Made by a program: the position numbers and the translations under genes
NCBI GenBank assembly: GCA_965644295.1
Contig: CBFFRP010000397.1
Span: forward strand, 62,001-126,000
Reading direction: 5' to 3'
DNA: 64,000 bases
DNA from: Paraphysomonas bandaiensis
Lineage: Eukaryota > Protista > Chrysophyceae
Shown here: positions 23,676 to 36,667 of the stretch, piece by piece
How positions within the stretch are numbered: position 1 is the stretch's first letter
Layout of the letters: every line of letters starts with the position of its first letter
Notes under the pieces: generated by a model
What the model was told of the DNA's origin: nothing
The model's database searches: none
Seen by the model: the letters and a program-made list of their open reading frames with translations, nothing else

Positions 23676-26283
23676 ATGGAACCAGTGAGACGATCTAGTC
23701 GAGGAGCGACTGCACAGTCAGCTCAAAAGAAACGAAGGGTGTCTGAGTCATCACAAGGTCCCACATCCTCAACAAAGAGGTAAATATGAACATCATGCTA
23801 TATATATATTTATAACAATGCTCAGATTAAAGGCGAGCGTCACTGCAGAAACGTTAGAGGAGCAGGCAGCTCACCACAGGCCATGGACAAGGAGTTTACC
23901 CGAGCCGAAGGAAGATATTACTCCAATTGTGAATTCTCGTTCTAGATCACGCAAAACCCCAGCAAAATCTACTTCAAAGGAAACACCAAAAACAGAATTA
24001 AAGGCCGCCAGACAAAGTGAAGATGCGTCCAAATCAGAAAAAGTTGCCCCCAGAAAGAGAAGACAGACTGTTGCAGCTGTCGGTACATCATCAAGAGCAA
24101 ATACTACTAGAAATTCTCTATCTAAAACAAGAGCTAACAAAGAAGAATGCGAACGAGTTGCATTGCCGCTGGCATCTTCTCCAGCAGATAAGGCAATACC
24201 CTCACCGCGACGGCCTTCGGAGCCACCTGCTGCAGCCTCTTCAACACCACCGCACTCTTCGCAGACATCTAGTGCACAAAGTGCACAAGTGCCACCACCT
24301 CGTACACCAATTCCGCCACGTAGTGTTACTGCGACCAGTATCTTTTCCCGAGTGCAAAAGAGCCCAGTCCCCAGAGCGGTTATAGTTGTTTGCTTATTCG
24401 TCTGGGTGATTTATACAGCCTACGTTCTGCTTCACTCCGCACTTGGTGCCACGACCCGGGTGCTAGACATATCGCTTCGGCGGGTTCGATCACTGAGCAG
24501 CCCTTCAGAAGTTGAGGAGTGGGAGTGGGGGGTGCCGCAGGAGCATATTCGCATTGTCCGACATGCAGAGGAGGTACTGACTCAACAACAAGAGGCAATG
24601 GATCACTGGCTCAGGCGACATAGAGGAGTTATGGAGCCTGCTTTGGAGGAGGTGGAAAGAGGGCTGAATCACTTACACGCTCAAGTGCTGGAGCTTTCCG
24701 AGGGTGGAAATGGACGACAGAGTACACCACCAGACTCCTCTGACGTCACACTTTTAGAGAATGTTGTTCATGCGGAACAGCTTCAGAGAGCCATGGAGTC
24801 CATGGTGGAGGATCTACAGTCTCTTATCAGTGATATTGAGCGCACGTATGCATTAAACAGCTTAGAAGTCCCTTTGTCGCTCTCTAATGCTACTTTTCTT
24901 CCCACTTGCTCAAGTAGTGACCCAGCGTACGAGAATTGCCTTTTTCGTCGAGCGGAAGCGCTGGTATCCTGGGTGGTGAACATGAGTAATCCCAATAATT
25001 CAGGAGAGGAGATAGAAGAGAGAATGCAAGATGTGTCAGTGGTGTTGACTGGTGCTGAGGGACTATCAGTGGAATGCGAACAGAGAGCCATACAAATAGA
25101 AAAGGAAACATCGCTACTGCGAATAGGTAATGTTGTGCATGAGGGAGAAGGGAGTGAGCAACAGAGAGCTGATGAAAAGGAAGTGGCACAGCGCTTGATG
25201 GAGGAAGCCGATCCTATACTAGAGCGCGTAGTGCATGAATCGGCCCATAAGATGCTGCATGGTATTTCGAAAGATACGACCGAGGACATACGTACAACAG
25301 CTGGTGTAGTGCTAGGACAAGTATTGGACAACATTTGGAATCGAGAGCTACAGACTATTGAAAAAGTTCTTACTGAAAACGATAATAGTAAGCATGGTCA
25401 ACGTGAAAGCAATAGTTATGATGCCACAGACAAACGGTATACTGAAGTTACTGCGGGAGAAGTAGAGACAGCGTTGAGTGAAATCCTTTTGGATAACAAC
25501 CGTAGGGATACATCTCTCGGCACAGTAATGTCCGTACATGAAGTGACGTCTATGATGAGAGCCCACGCTAACAGATTCAGAGGCACTGCTAGCTCTGATG
25601 TTAGTGATACGCTCGATGACCAGGCAGGAAGTAGAATGAGGCAATCTGCTGATGTGATCTTCGATAGAACGTGGGGCGTGGACTACGCGGTTTCCCCTCG
25701 TGGTGGAAAAGTATTTCCACCAAAGCTGCGTGCTGCTGACGGTAGTGTGTTAACGTCAACCCCCTTTGTAGCGTCATCTTCTGCTGGAATGGTATCGCAA
25801 GTCTTACATTCTACTGGTTTGGACTCAAGGGCCGCTGACCCACAGAGTGTAGTCAGCCACGTGATCCCTCCAGAACCAGGTCACTGCTACGCGTTCCCAG
25901 GTGACAATGGGAACATTACAGTCACACTTCATTCCCCGGTGTACGTACGTCGTTTAGGAATTTATCACCTTCCTCTCACCGACCTGTTCCCGGGGAGCGA
26001 GTCCGCCGCCCCAAAGGAATTTTTAGTGGTCGGATGGACTGAGCAACCCACCGTTCATGGTCTTCTTCCAGGCATGAGACGTGCCGTCATTGCAGGAACT
26101 CCCTATTTCCTTGGAAATTTTGTATACCGCGGCGATAGTGACCCTTTACAGACCTTTGCTGTACCTAATGCAGAAGCCTTACCACCTCTTTCAGCCATTT
26201 CTTTCATAGTTGCTAGCAACCACGGCAATAGCAATTTCACATGTGTGTACAGAATTCAAGTGTTTGGAGAATTAGCTAGTTGA
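23676..26283 (+). CDS. SUN-domain (Sad1/UNC-84) inner nuclear membrane protein (intron 23780-23825)
   Basis: Basic/Ser-rich nucleoplasmic N-terminus, one TM segment (AVIVVCLFVWVIYTAYVLL), coiled coils, and a C-terminal SUN domain (DYAVSPRGGKV, PGHCYAFPG, SAAPKEFLVVG, SNHGNSNFTCVYRIQVFG). The upstream exon from ATG 23676 splices in frame. Confidence 0.9.
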
Positions 26284-26691
26284 TTTATTGTATAAGTAAC
26301 TAAATACGTGACTGAAAGTATGAAATATACTTGTTTTACGAAATTGGCAAAAGGTATGTATTTTCTTACTACATCCTGCACTCAATAGCCAATTGTAACC
26401 TTATCACTGAATGCTTACATTTGACGGCGTTGACACGTACGAATGCGGAGAAAATATGATGACTAACAAGGAAAATGTATACCCTTCTATACTTTCGAAG
26501 CTTGTTTTCTGTAGTTTTAGCTGTAAAGCATAATAAGGTGAAAGTGAATTCAACATTACACGGTATTGCTGCGACTACGTACAATGGTATAAGATGTATT
26601 AGCATCACAGATTGCATTACACATTAATAGTTTCGTCACCAGTAACATAACAACCATACTAATCTATCCTTTATCAGCATCACTACCTTTC

Positions 26692-27457
26692 TTACTTAGA
26701 AGATGACTGAGCCAACTTTTTCACTTTGACATTGTAATTAAACAACCTAGCCATATTTACTTCAACAGTGATTGAATTGGTGCGCAGGTGATCCAAGTCC
26801 TCATTCAGTTCGGTGATTTTCTCAGCAAACTGCTTGAGTTGAGTTTCCAATAGTTCGATTCCTACGCATATAATTACCCACGACTTCATTCTACGTTCAA
26901 CAGACCTTCATCATATGTATACTCAACCATTGTGCTAGCTCCAACCCAAAGATAAACTTTAGATTCAGATGTATCTACCTGAAATACATTTTTATTAGGT
27001 GGGAACAACATATAGATCAGCTACCTTTGCCTCGGCAAATAGAGTATCGCAAAGACTGTAGCGCGTAATCAACTCTTCTTCATCTTCTTTCTTCTTCTTT
27101 AAAGTTCTTAGAAGATCTAGTGTCTGCTCAGTTAAGGGAACTTTTGACTTATACACACCCTTCGATCGCTCGAAACTCTGTTCCATATATTTATATTTAC
27201 TGTAAAGTTCCTGCAGGGCCCCTAATGTTGATTCCACTGAGTGTCCTCCAAGGTACTGCTCAACATTCTCCTGTATATACATTTATTATGTCTTCTTAAT
27301 TGGGTTATATACAGTATACTGCTGTACGTACAATGAATATAGCGGATGGAATGCCACGAGGGTTCTTGCCTTCTGTTATTAATTGCAATAGTGTGACATC
27401 ACCAGTCACATCAGTTGTACTTTCACTTTGTTGTGAATTTTTAGTTTCTTCTGACAT
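26692..27457 (-). CDS. PFDN3: Prefoldin subunit 3 (VBP1), multi-exon
   Basis: NPRGIPSAIF, LQELYSKYKYME, YSLCDTLFAEAKV, VYLWVGASTMVEY, EVNMARLFNYNVK across exons separated by short GT-AG introns. Confidence 0.92.
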
Positions 27458-27894
27458 TATTAGCTGTGTCCTTCTAATGTAATGAATGACCTGCAATCAA
27501 TCTGTTCATAATAATATCATGCTGGATGAGGATGGCTATGATTGGATTTCTATATGCTGAAAAAGTGGGGGTTTTATGTCCAAAGATGAAGAAATTCACA
27601 TCCCATGAGTGTATTTTATGTATTCCTGCCCAGAAATGGAATGGAAAAAGGCCCCACATGCAGTTCACTGTCACATACACTGCACTGCACTGCACTCTGC
27701 TCTATACACTACTCCGTATGTACACACTGGTATAGAATATATACATACACATCAGTATATATGATGGTGTATGTGCTCTGTATACATACATATATTTCTA
27801 TGCACTGAACTCATAGCACACAACACCCCATCACTATATATCAATATAATTCCTAACTAAAACACTTCACCCCCATATTCACACTGCAATTAAT

Positions 27895-29488
<1,594 letters not shown>

Positions 29489-30718
29489 TTGGTAAAGTAT
29501 AGACGTGTTATGGCTCCGGTGCTGATCTCATCGTACATTGAATGGAAATCAATGCGCGTGAGGCCATCATCATTGGGGACATAGTCCGGTTGTAATATCT
29601 AGCTTAATCCATGATTGGTGCTCTCAATAAAAAACAAGTCTATTTGCTGTGTTTGGAATATTACTCAGAAATCGCTTTACATGAGTAGTAATAGACTTCC
29701 GTAGAGGATAATCAATTGTCTGTGATACCAGTGTTGAGTTCATCGCGCTAAACAAACCAACGATAGAAAAGCATCATATATCACAAGCTGCACCGTAATA
29801 CTAAAATAATAGCTCAAAACGCACAACCGATTTCGTACTGATAAATTTTCAATTACTAACCTAGAATACTAAAAAGCAAAAAATAATCTAATCTAAAGTA
29901 TAAAGTAATGTATAATTTATTAGAATATGGATTATATTCTAGTATATTCAGTGTGTCACTTAAAGAATACTTAAATGCTGTGATGATATTGACAAACTGA
30001 AATATTTTAATCTTTCAAGTTATGTCTATAGTAACGAGAGGTTCACATATGCAGGAGATAGGAGATTATGTGTGGAACAAAATGAGATCGTGTTGTCTAT
30101 CACAACTTCGTGTAAACGATAGTAATTAATCTATCTAGTCTAACGACAAAATCTCTCTGAGATCTAGTTATGAATGACCAATTTCCAACATAATTGAACC
30201 TATGTTTTTCTCAGAGCCACTTCCGTCTCAAGTGAAGCATCATTTTTAACAATGCCAAATTTAAATGAATGGCAGTTGCTTTTTGCCAGAGGCTTTGACT
30301 CGATTTTAAGATGAGCAACATATTAAAAGCTGTCGGATATTATCAATTCTGCAGGTAAGGGTAAGGTTGAATTCAATCAATTGTCGGTTGTTCTGCTGGC
30401 AAGCTGACGGTATCAAATTTTGGCATATCCAAAGTCTGAATTGCTGTAGTCATTATAAATATTAACATCAGTCATTTCAACAATTCACTATCACTTTAAG
30501 CTTTATATATAAATTGCAAAATATCAATCTATATTTCTTACAACACCGTGGCTGTTCATACAAATTGTAGATTATATAAATTGTAATTATGATGTTAAGA
30601 TGTACAATATATAAAAGTAGCTGTTAAAATTCAAATATATATATAGTCCTGCATATAGTAAATACTAGTACTGTACATATATTGCAGTTAGAACCAATGT
30701 CAATTAAAGGCTGAAATT

Positions 30719-30875
30719 CAGGCTTGCGTAGCCATTAATGGTTTGATTACTATTGCTTCATTGCTTGAGAAAGAAGTAAATGGAAAGTGTTAATAATTAG
30801 ACTAAGTGCTAGTTTTTTCCATTTTATGGGGGAAGGCCATTAATGGCCATTACCATTAATGGTTACGCAAGCCTG
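30719..30875. mobile_element. 157-bp MITE, hAT-like (23-bp TIRs, 8-bp TSD)
   Basis: Left end caggcttgcgtagccattaatgg; the right end read on the reverse strand is caggcttgcgtaaccattaatgg (1 mismatch). Flanks are ctgaaatt (30711-30718) and ctgaaagt (30876-30883). CAG..CTG termini with an 8-bp TSD are hAT hallmarks. Confidence 0.85.
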
Positions 30876-31315
30876 CTGAAAGTTATGGTATAATTGTATA
30901 TGCTGACCATCTTGTCATACCTAAAATTTGTGCCTGTTCAAGATATGGCGAATAAGTATGATTTGACATATTGATCGTTTATGAGATGAACATAAAGGAT
31001 ATTGTTATATCGAGCTGAAATAGTTGTCATCCTAAATCCTAAACCCAATGCCAAATTCGAACACTTGACTGACGGTATGGTACCACCACACAAAGCATGC
31101 AACCATCATAGTCACTAAACCACAAAATTAGAGCAATGTAAGTTTTGTTTCTCTTAATAATTACTATGATACATATAAATGAGCAGTAAATTCATTGAGT
31201 CTTAATATCTATAGCACAAACACTATATACAATAACTCTCTAGTTTAGAGAATAAAGTATACAATTGTTCAATTTATATTCTATGTCCGGTTACGTAACA
31301 ATATTATTCTAATTC

Positions 31316-32395
31316 CTATGAAACACGTGCCTTGGAGCCAACATGCTTCCTCCCTCCATTCTTCCCACCCCCTTCACGTTGTTTCTTCTCTTCCTGGATA
31401 TTTGAAGAGAAATCCTCTGCATCCTCAATATTAGTAAACACAGGTTGCACTTTCTTCTTTTTTTTAGATGTTTTTTCTCTCTTCTTCTCACCATTTTTAA
31501 CAAGATTAGGACGAATAAAAGAGCTTCTACGACGCCTCTGAGCAGGAGGTAACGTGTTGGACGGTGTCGCTCCACCTTTCGCGTAGAAACTGAACATAAT
31601 ACTTGTTCGTCGTCGACCGTCCCGGCGATTACCCTTTTTACTCTTAGCTGCATCAATTCTTTCTTGTTCCTTTGCCAACTTCCGTTCCATCATTAAAATG
31701 CGACTCTTTTCCTTCCTTTTAGCATCAATATTTTGCGATAATTTCTGAATAAAGTCGGGCTGACTTTGATTGTGGTCTGCAGCCCGTCGGGCAGATATAT
31801 CTCGCCAAAAGGAATGCCCAATGAACGATTCACGAATGCGATACTGTAAACTTATTAAGGGTGCCGTGAGGCCTTTATTTTCGCTACAACATTTCTCGAA
31901 ATGGGTGATACTCACACGTGCACCACCACAGTTGGCCATCACATCTTGGACATACTTTTTCACTGCAGGGTTTGTATCATACGATTTGTGATGTATAGTT
32001 TCAACAAGCTTCTTAAGCTCCATATGATCAAGCGATCCAGATTTGTCATCGTCAAATATGTAGTATGCAAATGAGCCGAGCTTCTCAGGCAGTAGAGATA
32101 GGAAGTTCCACATAGCACAAACAAACTCACAGAAATTTAGGTAGCCACTGTTGTCCGTATCCATATCAATAAATATTCTTTTATTGAAAGGTGTTTGTTC
32201 TATACGAAAATAAGCAAAGAATTCATCTGCCCTTATGTGGCCAGAATCGTCCGCATCAATATCTAAGAATGCTGTGAAAAAGTAATTGAGGTCTTTCTGA
32301 GATAGTGACAAGATTTCAAAGGCCTCCATTGCCAATGCATCACATCCAGGGATAGAGTCATTCATCTGAAACTCTTTAATATGAATACATCCCAT
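31316..32395 (-). CDS. EF-hand (calcineurin-B/NCS-like) protein with predicted N-myristoylation/palmitoylation and a basic tail
   Basis: Starts MGC. EF-hands DADDSGHIRADE, DTDNSGYLNFCE, DDDKSGSLDHME. Lys/Arg-rich C-terminus. Confidence 0.85.
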   Translation of the reverse strand: MGCIHIKEFQMNDSIPGCDALAMEAFEILSLSQKDLNYFFTAFLDIDADDSGHIRADEFFAYFRIEQTPFNKRIFIDMDTDNSGYLNFCEFVCAMWNFLSLLPEKLGSFAYYIFDDDKSGSLDHMELKKLVETIHHKSYDTNPAVKKYVQDVMANCGGARVSITHFEKCCSENKGLTAPLISLQYRIRESFIGHSFWRDISARRAADHNQSQPDFIQKLSQNIDAKRKEKSRILMMERKLAKEQERIDAAKSKKGNRRDGRRRTSIMFSFYAKGGATPSNTLPPAQRRRRSSFIRPNLVKNGEKKREKTSKKKKKVQPVFTNIEDAEDFSSNIQEEKKQREGGGKNGGRKHVGSKARVS

Positions 32396-32840
32396 TGTGA
32401 TGAAATGAAGAATAAAACTAACGTAGTTAGTGGATTAAGTGTGTAAGTTAGACTTCGTCTGTTCCATGAATAGATTTGTATATATATATAGGTAGAGATA
32501 AACACAGAGAGAATGAGATGATCAGATAGAAATACAAACAACCTTCACTACAATTCAAACCTAGACTGACATCTCTAATTGAGGTTGACAAGTCTGACAG
32601 ATGTTGACAAGACAGACAGAAATCTGTTTAGAATTTGATTATATGGCCCACCGTATCAGCCCTTGACGTCATATTCTATATTGTAACCTCTACACGGAAA
32701 CACAGCAACATATTCCCTATGATGATAGAATACATAACCAGCAGCAGATAGAACAGCTTCAACATTTTTTTTTTTATATAGCAGAACAAAATGAAAAATT
32801 CCTACAAAACAACCTACATCGCCAAATATCAGTGTGTACG

Positions 32841-32870
32841 TATGTATGTATGTATGTATGTATGTATGTA
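32841..32870. repeat. Short (TATG)n microsatellite
   Basis: About 7 tandem TATG units. Confidence 0.9.
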
Positions 32871-33067
32871 TACAGTAGGTAGACAGTAGCATATGGCGAC
32901 CCTGATATGATCTATACATATATATATATATGTGTGCTGTCATAACATACAATCTTTCTTATTACAGAGTTGAATATAAGGATTCTCTATAACTAAACAT
33001 CTCTTCATTCCTTCAAACGAATATTCTGTTCATAGAAATTTAATTAAAGCTTAAGATTATTGATAAT

Positions 33068-34735
33068 ATGAGCACTAAGCCAAAGAAATATATATTTGTA
33101 AATGGTGTGATGGTAAGCTGTATAATAGCATGATATATATAACTCTACAAGCCGATCTAATGCATATAATCTAGAAATTAAATCCGGAGTATTCTGATGG
33201 AAGTAGTAATGCTACTCCTGCTGCTGCACCGAATCAACAACCACTTGCTGTGATATCATCTATGGCAGATGCCCAGGGAGCATCAGAGGCTCAATCAGCA
33301 GCTACTGGGGCTCCTCTCCAACTATCTGAGAGCACTGTAGCGGCCATGGAGATTATGCAGGATGATGAGTATACGAACAACTTTGGTGCTTCTGTTGATG
33401 GAAGTATGCTGCTGGATCAACTCACTGAATACTTTGTGCAGTACGAGGTTCCAGTCGGCCTTGTAAATAAATTAATGGCACTACAGTTCTATCGGCTTAA
33501 CTTCATTGTAGATGACTCTGGTACCTTTATTAATGACTCCTTATTATTTTCTGATGGGTGTAATAGGATCGATGAAGGCACCTTCAGATGTGTTGTTGTC
33601 AGAAGGTACACCTCATCTGCTGCGAGGTGTGTTGCCTGGTGCGCACGACAAAATGACCCGCTGGCAGGAGGCTGAGAACAGACTTCATATTATGATGGAC
33701 ATTCTCTCATACATACCGACAAAGACTATAGAAATTCGTTTTCTTAATGCCAAGCAAGTTATCGTCATATCTCGTAACGGAAAGAGCCCAGAGGTATTCC
33801 GCCAAGAGGCTCATGAGGCCATTAGCAATGCATTCACTACCATCGACGTGAGATATAAAACACCGACACATAAAGTCTTAACACGAGCATTTGAGACAGC
33901 TTCTTCGTACTCCGACCCAACAATGCACTATCTACTTACTGATGGGGTTCCCTCTGATGCTCCAACGGAGGTTGTCGCTGCACTCATCACCAATCGCCCA
34001 AACCCTCAAATGAATCCTCTTACCCTGATATCGTGCACGAATGAGGACGACGAAGTAGAATGGATGAAACAGGTAATAGTATAGGAAAGTCAGATATACT
34101 CTTTAGAATTTGCCTTCCTATATTGACAAGTATAGTAGTACACAGACGACAACTATTTACTTATATATATTCAAAATTATATACCACAGGTTGAAGAGGT
34201 AGCACCATTTACGGCTGAACTTGACGACTTCCATGACGAAAAAGATGAGGTGTTGACAGACCAAGGTACAGGATTTCCTTACACGCGCGGCTTCTGGATG
34301 ATATCTCAACTGGTGGCCGCTATTAACCCCGATGATCTTGATGCCATTGATGAGAACTTGCCGTTCACAAAGAACACACTTGACAACCTCCTGGGTCGTA
34401 CTCACACCCCGCAGGAGTATCAATACTACTTCGAGAAGAACCCACATGCACCCTTGTACGTAGACGTTTACCCGCGATTCCTCAACGAGCAGGTCTTTGC
34501 GCGACAGATCGTAAGTGTAGAGGACCAGCGCAGGCGTGAGATGGGGGCGGGGTATAAGGATGGCAAGAAGCCTTCTTCATCCTTTTCTCCCAAACCAATC
34601 GCACATTTGCTCACGCCTCACACAAATGCAGCAGCAGGGGGAAGTGCCCTTCCTGGCGGTGGCACAGGTGTGTTCAATATACCGTCTGCAGCTCCTCCAC
34701 CCTACGCTGGGCCTCCTCCTTCATACGGATCGTAG
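33068..34735 (+). CDS. vWA-like domain protein (4 exons), Pro-rich tail
   Basis: ATG 33068 (MSTKPKKYIFVNGVM). Splicing restores a MIDAS-like FIVDDSG|SM, followed by TRWQEA and YLLTDGVPSD. C-terminal PPPY-type motifs (PPPYAGPPPSY). Confidence 0.75.
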
Positions 34736-35261
34736 TTCTACAGAGCAGAATAGCATTCAAAGTTTCACCCTTTGGAGCCTTAAACGACAAGTAGCTATCT
34801 CTTATATAAAATAACACGATTGCAACAGAGAATGCACAGTCCTTGTGTATATGGAATACGTAGAAGGTGCCGAATCTAACTGGCGAGAGCCCCTTACTCA
34901 CTATTGTAATTCAGAAGTATCAGTACTTTCATCTCAATAACTGGTAGAAACTTAAGAAAACAAAGTTCAGTAGTGTGTCATATTTTAGACGGAAAGCCCT
35001 GGTAAAGTATTATGTAATATGTAATAACCAATTATTTGGTTACTCTAGCATATACTTGTGTATGCTTATATGCTTATGCTTGTACTTTGGTATCGAACGT
35101 TTACTACGGCTTTTTGTACGAATCTCGCCCATATTTCACGGCATTTATATCCCTAACAGAAGGTCTAGATCACATAATGGAAAGAATCGGACAAGAAACC
35201 ATTGATATCATATAGGTGAACAATACAATAGAAACTGAGAAGACTATACTGATGACGTCTA

Positions 35262-35859
35262 TATTGAAAGTCTTATTAAATTATTAACAATAGGCGTTAA
35301 GAATTAGCACCAGTTTAGTAGCTAGAAGAAAACTATTCAATTTACCTGTAACTAGCGAAAGCGCAACCTCTATTATCCTACAATTTAACGCTACGGAGGC
35401 CGCTTGTGCGTCGCCGCAAGCACCACAAGGTGCAACCACCTCCGCTCTATTGCTCAAAGCAAACGCCGTGAGTCGTGAGTAAGCAGAACGTTGATATATC
35501 TGACATCTGCTGACTTCAGGATTTTTGAGTCCTTGAGGTGAACGTCCCGGATGCTTGACTTCAGCAGTCAGCAGGCATCTCCAATACCCCGGTTACCATT
35601 CAGGTGGGCCCTGTCCCGGAATGCCCTTGAGGTGGGACCATTTTCGAATGCCTGTTTATTCGTCAACGCCCAAAGATGTCTACACAAGACAAGTGAAACG
35701 TATTGGTATCCCTTGTACCACACAAGCATTTGGCTAAGAGTGGGTAGAACAATATCTGCTGTCTATATGTTTGCGGCTCACGTTAGTTTCCCGGATAAAT
35801 ATCTCCGGTATTATCCCCCAGAACGCCACGAAAAGGTGCGAGTCCGACTTTGTTTAGAG
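35262..35859 (-). mobile_element. ~600-bp non-autonomous retroelement (SINE/RIME-like), inner copy with 12-bp TSD
   Basis: Its 3' ~190 nt (minus strand) align with the LINE 3' UTR at 53965-54150 (gtggttgcacctt..ggtgcttgcggcgacgcacaagc..cgtagcgttaaat.gtaggataa...cttctagc...aacgcctattg). Flanked by tgatgacgtcta (35250-35261) and tgatgacatcta (35860-35871). Confidence 0.8.
35777..35859 (-). ncRNA. Putative HDV-like self-cleaving ribozyme at the 5' end of the non-autonomous element (second copy 36152-36237, plus strand)
   Basis: Two-copy consensus: P2 GGCUCAC/GUGAGCC, P3 ACC/GGU, L3 UUUUCGU, P4 CCGGA..UCCGG, J4/2 GAAACUAAC, in HDV order. P1 is imperfect in both copies. Confidence 0.5.
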
Positions 35860-36667
35860 TGATGACATCTAGAAGTATGTTGTAGCAAAACAATTAAACT
35901 AACTAATGCATAACTCTGATATCCTACTATTTAACGCTACGAAAGCTGCTTGTCTTTAAGATGCGACCACTTTCGCTCTCTGTCTTTCAGTAAGGTGAAC
36001 TATCCCGGATGCTTGACTTCAGTAGGTAGCCCAATACCCCGGATGCTCTTCAGGTGGGCCCATTCCCGGATGCCGTTTTTTCGTCAAGGCCCAAAGACAT
36101 CTACACAAATGAAACATATTTGTGTCCCTTGTACCACACAAGTATTTGACTCCCTCAAAAAAGTTGAGCGCACACCTTTTAGTGGTGTTCTGAAGGATAA
36201 GAACCGGAGGTATTTCTCCTGGAAACTAACAGTGAGCCGCATATATAGTCAGCAGATAATTTTCTGTGCACTGATAGGCAAATACTTGTGTGGTACAAGG
36301 GACACAATAATTAAAAAGCAAAAACACATGGTTGTAGGCAGTCATATCTAATATCTACTATACGTCAAGTATATAGTGTTACTCTATTCTCAAGAGTTCT
36401 GAGTGTATTCTCACAACTTGTAAATGATAGCTTGCCAGCAGCAACGAAAGTATGTTTGATGTGGAAATTTACCAACAGCATACGTCCTACATCGTACAAT
36501 TGAATGACTACTCATAACCTTATACCTGATACAACGATGTCTTATGATTACTACATTCAGCATATATCCGTATAAAAAGGAGTTCACACAAAACTAGTAG
36601 ATACTGAGTAGTAGTAACCCTTCCTTTGACAAATCACACACAATTATTCAACTTTACTCGTCAACAC

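Larger units (their letters stand above)
35222..36307 (-). mobile_element. Older, diverged copy of the same non-autonomous element, interrupted by the inner copy and carrying a 5' inversion
   Basis: 35872-36148 aligns with the body and tail of the inner copy. 36152-36307 on the plus strand aligns with the inner copy's 5' head, so it is inverted. The tail continues at 35222-35249 (minus: tctcagtttctattg vs LINE tctcaacgcctattg, same spacing from ctag). Outer TSD not identified. Confidence 0.7.

Noticed and set aside
35238-35275. ctgatga...gaaa hammerhead-like core
   Set aside because: No stem I and no credible stem II; the ctgatga overlaps the TSD of the inner retroelement.
36120-36307. Interpretation as an independent MITE with 29-bp TIRs
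   Set aside because: Both the repeat and the interior are parts of the retroelement seen un-inverted in the neighbouring copy; better explained as a 5' inversion.
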